DNA of 48,358 nucleotides, taken from Vitrella brassicaformis CCMP3155. Taxonomy: Eukaryota; Protista; Chromerida. A program made the translations under genes and the position numbers. The stretch spans positions 1-48,358 of the forward strand of contig CDMY01000578.1 in the NCBI GenBank assembly GCA_001179505.1. Reading direction: 5' to 3'. The notes under the pieces were generated by a model. The model was not told the origin of the DNA. It did not search any database and saw nothing but the letters and a program-made list of their open reading frames with translations. Positions within the stretch are counted from its first letter, which is position 1. Every line of letters begins with the position of its first letter. Of this stretch, positions 25,626 to 37,407 are shown piece after piece.

Positions 25626-28158
25626 TATGCAGCTGATGTAAAAACTCTTTTCCATTCGGGTGCGTGTGCCTGTGTGCGAAGGAAGGTACATAGAGTTTCT
25701 TGTCTTGGTCGTCGTAAGCTGTGAAGTACACGGCTCCGGACTTGACCGCCGCCCACTGCACGTGCGAGTAGTCTGCCAGCTGCGAAACGATACAGACACA
25801 CAACAGAGCAGAAACACATATGTGACCCTACGTGTTCTTCGGCTGCCTGCTTGCCTGGTATATTTTGGCGCCGTCGTACGCGCACAGTTGGTATCCGTCT
25901 TTCTCGCCATACTCTACTGACTTGTACTGACGACATACAGACACGTGCGCATATGTATGTGTGTATGTGTATGTGTATGTGCACACGAAGTGAGTACTTA
26001 CTCTCATGTAGAGGAGGTCCCCGAACTTGAAGAGGAACTCGAACGATTGGATGCTGCCCACCTGTGTGTATGTGTGTGTGTGTGTGTGTGTGTAGAGACA
26101 GAGAGACACACACACAAAGGACGTGGCTCTTGTGTCTTGGTGTGCGCATGTGCCTGTGTGGCTGCTCACTTCTCCGATGAGCCTCTTGTTGCCCTCCTTG
26201 TCCAGCGAGATAAGCCAGTCGCTCTCTGACACAGTAGTGCAGCATACCACAGAGGCGCACTCATACGTCGTACATGCATTCATTCAGCGTACCAGTGTCG
26301 CCTTTGCCGGTTTCCCCAAGCCCCAACGAATGCGCCTGGGAGCAGACAGACAGACAGACAGACTGGTGAACCTGTGGTGCACTTGTGTGTGTGCATCAAG
26401 ACGTACATACCTTGATGAGCAGTCTGCCGTCGTACTCGACCGTCTCATCGTACTCGAGAGCGAGATGGTAGATCTGTACGCAATACACACGAGTGTATAT
26501 GCTGATGTGTGCGTGTGTGCGCACCGACCGTGTCGCCGCTGATGAAGGTCACGTCGCTGTCCCCTGCTCAAATCATGTATTTGGACACATAGAGAGAGAG
26601 GGAGAGAGTGCACAGCGTCATTACAGGCACATGCGCATGCCGGTACCTTGATATTCGATTTCTGTCTCTTCCACCTCCTCCCCGATGTAAAAGAATATCT
26701 TGCCAAGATCCTAAACGTGAATACGGGGTGACTGGTGCAAACGAAGGTACTTACTGGCCGTCCCGCGTGTGGGTGTGTGTGAGTGCCTGCATCGTCTTGT
26801 CCTTGGTATTGTACATGCACAGATTGCCGTTAAGGGCACGGAAAAAGAGGACATGCTGCAGAGGGAGGGAAGGAGGGAGGGAGGGAGACATATACGCATC
26901 ATGGCATGGAGTCCCGAGTGGTGGTTGGTCGGTGGTCGGTGGTTGGGTACCTCACATGCGCCGATGAGTGAGTAGATGTCCACTTCCTTATCCTTGAAGG
27001 CCACCCTCTCCCACTCTCTGCACACACACACACACACACACACGCACACACACACACATTGAAATGCATCTGGCTGTGCGCATGTGGGCCGAATTCTCAC
27101 TCTTTGTCGACGTCGTATCTGTAGAGGGATCTGTGTGCCGTGTATATGGCGACCGATTCCTTGTCGTCGTCTCCCTTGGCCACCACCTTCACAAGCTGCG
27201 TATGAACGCACACCCCTCCACGCATATATACTCTTACAATTGGAGCAGTCTTTCGTATGTACCTTTGTGGGCGTCCATTTGGTGGTTTCGTCGAACGAGG
27301 TGCACCCAAGTATCTTGCTCTTGTCGCCATCGTATGCCACCATGCAGATGTCTTCGGCGTACCACAGCTCAAAGACGAACCATTCTAAGTCGCCTTTGTG
27401 CACAATGACGCCTCTCTCCAGGGGTGTGAGGGGCGGATACCGCACATAGTGCCTGGAGTCGTCTGCATGTTTTCACAAAGAGGCACCCTTCTACGTACAA
27501 ACACATTTTATACATGTTGTGAGCATACGCACCTCCTCGAGGCACGGGTAGCACAGTCGGCTTGATGATCGCCTGGTCGCCGTACACAGGCGAAAACAAG
27601 AAAGAGACAGCTCCACACGTAAAGCCATCATATGCTTTGCTTGTGGGTGTGCGTACGGCGTCAGAGATGCCTCCAGCGTAGTCCCCCTCCTTGCCTTCCT
27701 TCTGCAGGACCAGCAGGAGGCTCTTGTCGGTGATGGGCTCCCTACCTGAGTCAACCACATGTGTTTCCTTGTGGCTTGAGTAAGTACATGCTCACCGAGA
27801 ACGATCATTTTGTCCTTTATGGGGACGCCTTTGGGGTAGATGTATGAAACCGGGACGCCCAAACCTGCACATGTGCCGATCGATGAGTATCCGTGTCTGT
27901 CTTTCTCGTGGGCTCGTTTGCGTACCTTCCTCCTGCATGTCGACGAGCTTCCGCACCTGATGCGACTCCGAGTACTCATCTGCACATCGACAACACGTCA
28001 TCCATTGAACCTTTTGATCCATCCATATGCTTGCCTTCTGTGATCAAGTCCCCTATAGCCTCCTTCTTCTTGTCCTTCTCATCGCTCGACGCCACAAAGC
28101 ACAGTGACAGCAGCAGGAGGGTGAATAAGTCACAGACGATGGATGGAAACATCCCCAT
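14971..28158 (-). CDS. Giant multi-exon type I membrane adhesin-like protein (signal peptide, propeller-like region, Ile/Tyr coiled coil, PAN/apple domains, FAS1, SEA-like domain, TM)
   Basis: Starts with signal peptide M(GM)FPSIVCDLFTLLLLSLCFVASS. Exons recur every ~100-200 bp with no intergenic-sized break. PAN motifs: EECQALCFKSPTCKYVTY, CQSKCQKKASCHYF, KCQALCWEDEKCEHFTY…CRLF…ITGPKNC. FAS1 motif: TVHFIDRILLP. SEA-like motif: VAQTLNVSEENVLIVDINLGSVNMKF. TM: VIIVALVATFSVLAFAAIVSTAVYFYYF. A single-gene model is not proven. Confidence 0.72.
27021..27058. repeat. (CA)n/(GT)n intronic microsatellite, example of a window-wide pattern
   Basis: Most introns carry GT, GTCT or GGAT repeats on the sense strand next to the acceptor. 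Confidence 0.9.
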
Positions 28159-28269
28159 TGTCCATACGAATGCGATATCGTGAACGTTGCTCTTTCGGGA
28201 GGGAAGGGAATCCGCGAGGAGCCCCCGTCTCGACGATCGGACATTGGGGGCCCAAGGGCACCCTGGGGG

Positions 28270-31200
28270 ATGCTTCGCGTGGCGCTGTTGGTGCTTTCCA
28301 TATCGCAATTTGCTCATGGCGGGTACCAGCCATGCGCAAAGAACGACCTCCACATGTTCGAAGCCCGTAAGAACGCACCGCAGATCTCTGCAGGAGCACA
28401 ACCAGATCTCCCGTGCATTCCACGTGGATGCGTGTATTGGTGTGTGCACAATGATGTGCAGTTGAGTATGGCTTGGAGCAGCTCAACGCCATCCGGCGGT
28501 TCTGTGGGTACCTGTCCGTCACGCCCATCTTTGCGGACCAGTTCCACCTCCTGGACGCACAGGCCGACAAGACGGACCTCTTCGTGCAGTACAGGTGGGT
28601 GACGATGGATGCGCCTACCTACCCAGGACTCATCGCATCGCATCCATGGGATGAGGTATTTATTGTGTGGCCATTGCAGGATGCATTTGAGGGATGTGGC
28701 AACGTCAATGAAGATCACACTGGAGGTCTCAAGACAGGTGCGCCGCAACCTTGCGCGGGCTATCGGATGCACATAGAGGCTGCCTGCGCGTGCGTGTGCC
28801 ACCCATTTTGTTTGTCAGCGTGCGTCTGTCGAGGACGCGACGATATTCACTCTCGAAAGGTAAGTGGGTGGAGTCCGCTGCTGCAAATGGGTGGAGTCCA
28901 CCCCAATCACACGCAATGGCTCGTCTGTCTGCAATGGATGGGTGGGGTGGATGTGTGGTGTGTATGTGTGTGTGTGTGGTGGGTGTGCCAGTGTATCACC
29001 CGACGCGTGTCTGGTCCCAAGCCCCGCTGCCGACGCCAAACACATCATACCCATCGACCACCCCATCGCCGTACGCATTCAGCCAGCACCCACCTCCATC
29101 TGGTTGTTCCTCATGCTGTCTGTGTGTCCGCCTGTCTGTCTGTCTGTCTGTCTGTCTGTTAGCGTGATGCTATCCGTGTGGCGATGCGGCACATACAGAC
29201 GGTCAGGCGGGAGCAGTGCGGCGACAAAGCACCTGGTGAGCTCAAATGCGTGGAATGCGGTGGGGAGGGGGGGAGGAGGAAGGGCCGGCAAGGTTGTTGA
29301 TCTTGTCATCGCCGTGTCCCTTCCTGCAGACATTCAGCTGATCCGGACGACCAGCGCCACCATGCAGATTGCACAGGTGTGTCTCTCTGTTGTCGGCCGC
29401 ACACATGAGTGTGTGCAGACGTGTGTGTGTGGATCGTCTGCAGGGGTACATCGTGCAAATCGCGGTGGAGTTGCGCGAGAGCCAAAACTCGTTCGACCCC
29501 ACACTCACCTTCCCAGCCGTCGTCGAAGTAAGCGTACACGCACATTTGTGTGCCTGATGTGTGTATGTGCCCGCGTGTGTGTGGTGTGACATACAGGTGT
29601 GGTACGTGCCCGACCCCGCCAGCCCCGGGCGGGTGACGACCAAGCCAACAGTGTACACAGACAGGCCGCCATGCCTGCTCAAGGTGAACAAACAATGAAG
29701 CCCCCATGCCCCATGAAGCCCCATGCAGATGTGCATCGATGTGCGTATGGCCCTTAGGCGTCGACCTCATTGCGTGTTGCGAAAGACACCACCGCGGCAG
29801 CCTTCAATGGTCGCATACGAGCACACATGCACCCATAGAGGCAGGAGTGGACGAGCCTGTACTTGATGTGTGCAGGTCTGCGGTCCAGTGCGCCCCTCCC
29901 CTTCCGCGAGCTGAAGCGGCGTCCTCTCACAGTCAACCCCGACTACCTTCCACTTATATTCGACCCAAGGTGCGCACCTCGCTCCAACACACAGATAGAG
30001 ACACATCAATCGCACACGCCTTCGTGTGGATACGTGCAGGCTGGATCGGACGGTGTGTTTCCCTCCCCGTGGCCCTGGGCGCGAGCAGGGGGGCTGCGGC
30101 GCTTCATGGGCATTCGCCGCTACCAGCGTCGCTGCGTACAGGTGCATGCATGCAGTATCGACCACGGTTGGTGTGGGTGGCGTATGTGTCTTTTCGTTTT
30201 TGTTTGGTCAGGGAGTGTCTGTGGCTGCTGCAGCAGGGGGAGGCGCCGATGGGGCCGCGCTTCTTCGCCGCTCAGGACCTCATCTCGTGCACATACACGG
30301 TGCGTGGGGTAGTGAGTCATTCGCTTATGCATTGTCACATCTGTCTGTGTCATGCACAGCCCGACGGGTGTGCGGGCGGCCGCCCTCTGGTTGGCCTGCG
30401 ATACATGGCAGAGGAAAAGGTGACTGACCAGACAAACAGATGAGACGGGCTCTCACACGAATGCTGTCTGGGCGTCTGTCTATGTGTGTGCAGGTGCGTC
30501 GTGAGTCCTGTGTGTCGTATCTGATGCGCTGCTTCGTCGACACCTCGCCCGAGGCGGCAGACTCGTGGGCTCAGCAGACCTCGCAGAAGTTCGTGCCGCC
30601 TCCAGGCTGCCCTGGCAGCGTGACGAGAGAGGACGTGGAAAGGGACCCGTGCGAGTGCCTGCCGAGGTCAGTCGGTGCATGAATCGATCCACGGGTGATA
30701 GATATGTGTGTGTGTGTGTGTGTGTGCAGGGAGGCCCACTTGACGTCGCCAGTGGAGTGTGACGCCTTGGAGGGCGACTGCCCGGCGACAGAGATACCCT
30801 CCTTCTACCAGTTGAAGGCACGCCAACGCACACTTTCATACCTCCACACGGATCCCTGCCCTTGATGGTTGTACGTGTATGTGTGTTGATGCAGGGGCTG
30901 ATATCGTTGGGGCTGCCGCACAGCAACACCACCAAGACCGTCAGAGAGCTGGAGGACCAGATCAAGATCGAGCTCTACACATACGGTCCGGTGCTTACGC
31001 ATCCTTTGCTTTGTGGGGTGTGTATACACACATCCATTGTGGGGTGTGCCGGTTTGATCTCTCAGGTCCCCTGTTAGTGGAATTCACGATGTTCTCCGAC
31101 TTTTTTGAGCCCACCAGCTGGTCAGAGAGCGGCGTGTACGAGCATCAGAACAAACATGCACTCAACCTGGGAAGACACGCAGCCGCACTCGTGGGCTGGG

Positions 31201-34200
31201 GTAGGCACGCATCCCCACATATTTGTGTGGATTGCTGTGCTGCACTATTTGATCAACAGGTCGCGATTCCTCTGGTGTTGACTACTGGCTGCTGCTCAAC
31301 TCCTGGGGAAGGGCCTGGCACGACCAGGGCTACTTCAAGCTCCCCAGAGGGGCCAAGGAACACGGTATGTATGTCAGTGTCTGTCTCGGTGTACTTGTAC
31401 ACTTGTCAACGTGTGTGTGTGAAGGCATATTGCTGTGGAGTGCGTATGGCATTGACTATCACGAGACGCCGCAAGACAAACAGCCGCCCGCCATATACCA
31501 CATCAAGGTGCGACGCACATACACGCGCATCCACCAGGTTGAATGTACCTGCTGTCGATGCTATGCTGCTGAGGCCTCACACAGACGAGCTACAGTGCCG
31601 TGCTGAACGAGCAGAGCACCGTCGCCCCCTCTTTGTCAATTGCTCATCTCAATGTTGTGGTCAGCTGCAGAAGACCGATCCCCCTCTCCCCCCCTCTCCC
31701 CTCTCCCCCCAGCAACACACATGGCACACCCCATGTCATGTACGCCTGTAGGTGCGCTTCGAGACCTCCGAGCCCGCGTCGGTGGCCGTGCGCCTCAAGA
31801 CGCCCAAGGGGCAGATAATCGAGAAGACCGACACATCCAACCAAGACAAGAGACACGCAGTGGCACTCGATATCAAAGGGTAAGGTGGGCACATTTCGCA
31901 CACGCACACACACCATTGCCACACGTGTGGCTGGATGTGATGTGCATGTGGCATGGGTCATTAGGGCCGGTCTGGAGGGTCTGTCTGGCGAGCTGACGAT
32001 CACGGCAACCGACCGTAATGGCAACAAGAACACTTTCGGACCCAAGAAGATAAAAGTGAAAAGAACAACACACGTCTCTGTCTCCTCTCGATGGATGTCA
32101 TGTGATCATCGCTTGTGTGTGTGCAGCTTCCCCGGTCGAGCGACTTTGCCTCTCTCACGCGGGACCCGCTGGCTGCCCCACTTAGCACCGCAGTGCTGCC
32201 ACTCCCACTCCCACTCATCGCCATGTACGTGTGTACCCTGTTAGTAAACACATGTGCTCAGCGAAAATGTGTGTCTGTGACCGACTGGTGGCTGGCAGGG
32301 ACGCGCGCACCGACGAGCTGAGCCAGAAGCTGACGGATGGGGATGCCAACAAGTGGACGTACATGCAGGGGAATAGCGACGGTGAGCGAGTGAGACAGAC
32401 ACACACACAGATGGAGAGGAAAGGATTGTGCTGTGTTGCTGGTCGTGGTTCAGCCCCCAACAGCCGCTCTCTGACCGTGTCTCTCTCTGCTGGCGACCCC
32501 TCCCACCTGGTGGCCATCCCACACATACAGGGGGAATTCAATCTCCAGCTAAACGCCGGTACTGCACGTGCATCCAGCCAGACAGACAAGGGATCTTCTC
32601 TATTGATGTATGTGTATCTCTGGTGGTCATTTCACAGGCATCGCGGCCGGCTCGTCCACAAAGGTGTACGTGTACTATCGCGACGTGCTTGAAGGCGCAG
32701 ATGACGACACCGACGTCAGCCCGCCCGTCGCACTGCACCTGCGCCACACAGAGGGGCCGCAGGTGATGCATACGAGCACCGATGCCGTGAGCATTGCCAC
32801 GTCTGTCTGTCTATCTGTGTAATGGATTGATCAGCTCTTCCCGGCCCCGCTGCCCCGCTCTCTCGACGACTTCACCGGAGTGCTGGTGCTCTCTCGCATC
32901 CGCCCCAACGCCACCCTCCCACACAGACCCAAAGGTGCAGGTGTGGTGTCTGTGCCGGGTCCCCCTCCCCATGCTCCCAATTCGGTTCACGAGCCGCCCG
33001 TGCAACACCAGCAGCATGGACAGACCGCTGGCGCAGCAGGCCACGGAGCCCACCAGCAGCAGCCACACAACGCACAGATACAGCCAAATGTAAGTGAGCG
33101 AATCTGCAGGACAGGTATATTCCTCACTCCCTGCGATGGCGTGAATGCAGCTGCCCCCCGCTGTGCATCACGAGCCGCACCCCGAGCCCGCCCCAGCCGG
33201 CCGCGAGCCACATATGAGACCACACCCAGAACCACACCCCGAGCCACAGCCACACGGCCAGCCACGTTTCGAGCCAGCAGCCGTACGCAAGAGAGACAGA
33301 GATGCACCTCACTCAACATGCAGCTGCATGGTGTCTCTCTGTCTCTGTTGCATCAATGCAATGCAGCATGAGCCTCACCCCGAGCCCCACCCAGAGAGGC
33401 CGCGCATCGAGCCCCACGAGCAGCGGCCCCGAGTGCAGCCCCACGAGCACCAGATGCACCATTCGATGGAACACCACCACCCCATGCACACCATGCACCT
33501 CGCCGTAGTCATGACAGGGGGAGAGGAAGGAGACCAGCACCAGCACCCACACCTGGCGGAGGTCTCGGGCGTCGTGGACAAGTATAGGTCGGGGGGAGAG
33601 AGGGGAGGGGAGGGCGTGACGGTCCGCCTGGTGCTGCGGGACGGCATCATCGAGGGGCCTCCAGTGTCCATACCGATCCCTTTGGTGCCTGCTGACGGTG
33701 GTGGTGGCGGTGGCGATGGTGAAGGTGGCCGGCGGTATCCGATGTATTTCCCTGTGGTGCTGTTGGTGGGTCTGATCTCGGTGGGCACTCTGGTGCTGGT
33801 GTGGCGGTGGACCGACAAGTTCAAGAAAAACGCGGCGGGCATGCGGCGAGCCGGGGAGAGAGACCAACGTACGTATACATACAGGAGTGCTCAGGGGGAC
33901 ATCTGCATATGCATGTGGGCCATTTCTCTCTCTCTCCTTCTCTCTGCTTGTGGGTTTGGTGTGGGTGTCAGGCTGGAATTGGGGTATTTTCTTCTCTCTG
34001 TATTCGTCTTTGTTCTTCAATGGCGGCCACAAGCCCATCCAACCCACACACAACGACGCCGGTTGGGGCAGTGTCTGTGTGGGTGGATGTCTCGGTGTCT
34101 CACCCACCACGGCACAACACATACACACGTGCAATCAATCCTTGACAAAGAACGTGTGTGTGTGCGTGTGTGTGTGTGTGGTGGGGCTGCTGGTGCAGAC

Positions 34201-34549
34201 GATGGAGACGAGGACGACTTTGACTACGACAAGCTGTCCATCGAGATGAACAAATGGAGACCCGAATCCGCCGACAACACCGCCAGAGAGAAGGTATGTA
34301 TGGGACACACACTCGACCCCACCACATAGACACACGTCCGTCCATCAATCCATCCATCCTGTCTCTCTCTCCATGTGTGTGTGTGTCTGTGTGCAGGTGA
34401 CGGCTCGCGAGGAGCTGGTAGATGAGGACGATGATTCGGAGGACTCCTCTGGCATGTTCATGGTGGAGCGGCCGGTGGATGGGGGGCGGGGAGGGGGAGG
34501 GGGCTTGGGCTTCGCGATGACACGGGGGAGCACCGCTAGTGGGGACTAA
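28270..34549 (+). CDS. Membrane-anchored papain-family (cathepsin B-like) protein with Cys-to-Ser active site, cystatin-like N-terminal region, Ig/FN3-like region, His/Pro-rich stalk and TM
   Basis: Signal peptide MLRVALLVLSISQFAHG. Papain motifs in order: LPLIFDPR, QGGCGASWAF, AQDLISC, GCAGG, ELYTYGPLLVEF, GVYEH, GRHAAALVGWG, YWLLLNSWG…GYFKLPRG. TM YFPVVLLVGLISVGTLVLVW. Acidic tail ends at TAA 34547-34549. Confidence 0.85.
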
Positions 34550-34914
34550 CCATGCCATGGACCGACAGAGGGAGGGAGGGAGGGGAGAGTGTGTGTGTGT
34601 GAAGAGGCTGATACCTACCCTTTTTTCTTTTGTTCCTGGTGGCGGCGAAGACTCATACAACATGGATTCCAGTTACACTTACGTACACTTCAGTACACAC
34701 ATTACATTTGGGAGAGTGTTCACTTCCAAAAAGGTGTGCGCGCGTACACAAATCAAATGTGTCTGTCCATCGCTGGCAGGAAAACCGTTCAGATCGCGCC
34801 TGTGGTGCACAGGCCATATGTATGCGTAGTAAGAAAAGGACCTCACACACACAGACACACACTCTTGACACCCACGCACATAGGGACAGAAGAGATGGAG
34901 ATCGGCTCACTCAC

Positions 34915-35310
34915 TCACTGTACACTCAACACCTCCAACTCGTCAGCTACGAAGTCACGAGTCCCCCCCAGCACCGCATAGCCATGCCTCATCTTCCCCG
35001 TGTACCCCGCAGGCACATCGTCGGCAGGGAGGAGCTGACTGCCGCCACTGACGTACACGCCGAACACGTAGTTCTCCTTGCAAATGATGAGCACCAGCCG
35101 CTACTTGGAGCCGTGCAGAGACGCCCTGCACCACACACAGACAAAGGAATGCATGACTCTGGCATAACAGGAGCATGTGTGTGTGAGTGGCTGTGTACGT
35201 GTAGCTGAGTGTCAAAGTGATGTCGCCGCCAGCCACTGTGCGACGTGCGTCACATACGAGAGGCCGATGGAGCTGCCGCCCTTCGCCCATGCACGCGCAG
35301 CACTGACAGA
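34915..35310 (-). pseudogene. Decayed TLDc-domain gene
   Basis: QWL(G)GDITLTLSYT|ASLHGSK*RLVLIICKENYVFG…DDVPAGYTG…AVLGG(T)RDFVADELEVLSVQ*. It has an in-frame stop, frameshifts and large internal deletions relative to the 13.7 kb copy. Confidence 0.75.
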
Positions 35311-35441
35311 CACACACATGGAGCACACACACACAGAGAGTGATGTTCTCAGCTTCGTGTGCATGTTGTTGTGTCTGCGTTTCTTTACCGGCAGAATGGG
35401 CAGACACCGTCACGAACGCTATGGGGCTGGTGGTCTAACGG

Positions 35442-36940
35442 GACGACAGACGAAATCCATCCTACCATCAGTCGCACCATCAGCCCACGCGCCGCATCTG
35501 TGGTACGGGCATCCGCCCGACATTCCTGAATGCCAAGGGCAGCCGCTCACCCTACACACACAAGAAGACACAACATACCAAAACACAATGCGTGGCACCT
35601 CGGTATGAGGCTTCCGTATGTCTGTGTGCACGTGTGAGTGCCTGTGTACCTGAGCGAGGTCGGGAAAGGGATTCTTGTTGGCCTCTTCCAACAGCTTGAT
35701 GAAGAGCTGTTTGATAGTCATCGCGTCTAAGTCTTCCTCGGTGGTCTCGAAGAGCTTTGTCAGCCTATGTCGAAGGTTCGTGAAAGCTTCCGCCGGCGGT
35801 CTCTCGACCACCTCACATCCCCTCATGCTGCTGATCTGTGTGGCCAACTCGAGCCGAGTGCTGTCGATCTTCTTGCCGAGCCCATCTATCTTAGCGTCTA
35901 TCTTAGCGTCCAGCTGAGCGATGGCATCCAGCACTCCCTTGTCCGCGGCCGGGGGTGAGGGCGAGGGAGGCGGCGGGGGTGAGGGTGAGTGAGATGCTGA
36001 GGGAGAGAGGGCGGCTTCTGTTGTCGGGGCGTATCGTGATTTGTAGTCGGCCACGGTCATCAAAGGGTTCTGCTTGGCGGAAAAGGTGGGCGGCATCATC
36101 TCGAGGAGCTCGACAGCAGCATACAAGTGGGAATCCCTAGCCGCAGGGGACGAAGGGACAGGGATGCTGACAAAATGCTTCTTGGGCTGCTCGAGGCTGC
36201 CGAGGGGCGTGACGTACAAGATCGGGTGCAGAGCTGGTGTCATGGAAGAGTCAGTGGTGCTGCTCATCTGCCGTTTCGTCTTGGAGGTCTGTAGCGACAC
36301 GCCGTGCAGAAGACCACCTAGAAGACCTTCGGTGTGGTGCCACGACGTCTCAGCCGTGGTCACCATGGGACTGCCGGAGTCCCCCGGCATTGAAGTAATG
36401 CCGGACAGCCGCATCCACATGCACTCGGATTCCTGGCCCGCACCGCCCGCCGCCGAAGCCGCCCCAGCCGTCACATCCAGTGGCCTTTCGAACGAGACCT
36501 CCGTCACGTCGCCCTTGAAAAAACGATGACGTTCGACAGAAGACAGCTCGTGGCGGATGTCGATGTTCCGGGCGATAACGAGTCGCTTGGCAGGAAGGGC
36601 GGCACAAAGAGGGGCGTTGTCCTGCGCCCTCAGGATGGCAAGATCAGGATGGCCGCTGACGATGTAGTTCTTGTGGATGAAAGCCGCCGCCACCTGCACC
36701 GTGTGCTCCTGGTTGTCGATGACCATCCTGGCGCCTGTGGCGCCGACTGCGACGTGTGCCGCTGTCATGATGAACAGGTGGTTCTTGTTGGTCTTGAGCA
36801 TAAGTCCCTTTCCAAAGCACGCGCCCTCGTGCATGACCTCGCACGGGCCAGCGGCCTCGCTCAGCTCGTCCGCCGGCCGTTCCCTCCACAGGCAAGACAT
36901 CACCCATGGACGATTTCACTTAGAGCGGGAGACGAGTTAC
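35442..36940 (-). repeat. ~1.5 kb trypsin module, copy 2
   Basis: Reverse complement of 7761-9294. Confidence 0.95.
35480..36900 (-). CDS. Trypsin-like serine protease, intact copy 2
   Basis: An uninterrupted first exon carries TAAHV, PDLAIL, GDSGSP and LDAKIDAKIDGLGKKID. The second exon is GERLPLAFRNVGRMPVPQMRRVG*. Confidence 0.92.
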
Positions 36941-37407
36941 ACGGGCGAGATAGCTTGCCTCTCATCCCCTCCATTCTCCTGTTTGGCGTGAGAGAGGGCC
37001 TCCGAGGAACCGTATCGACCGGTGGAAGATAGCTTTGCGTCCCTTTATCCCGGGGAGGCCTGCAGCAGCAGTCGACGAGTGGCGGAGCGGACGACTTGGA
37101 GGCATTTCGGTCGCCAGCAGGACAGGTGAGGGCGGCAGGGTGCGACAGGGAAGGCAGCAGCCCGCATTCCCTCCACAACGAACGTTTCCCTTACGCATGC
37201 AGTGCTGGAGCATTCTTGGCGTGTGGTGAGAGCACCGCTCTCGGGGTACTCGGCAGTCTAGAAGAGGGTCGTAGCTCGTGATTCAGAGGCCACGGTGAGG
37301 TCCCCATGCATGAAGGCGAGCTGCACGAGTGCGTTCACCGATGGCGACTTTGCAACTCTCTGTGTGTGTGCAGGAGGCCGTGAGTTTGTCGTGAGTGGCG
37401 TGGAGCG

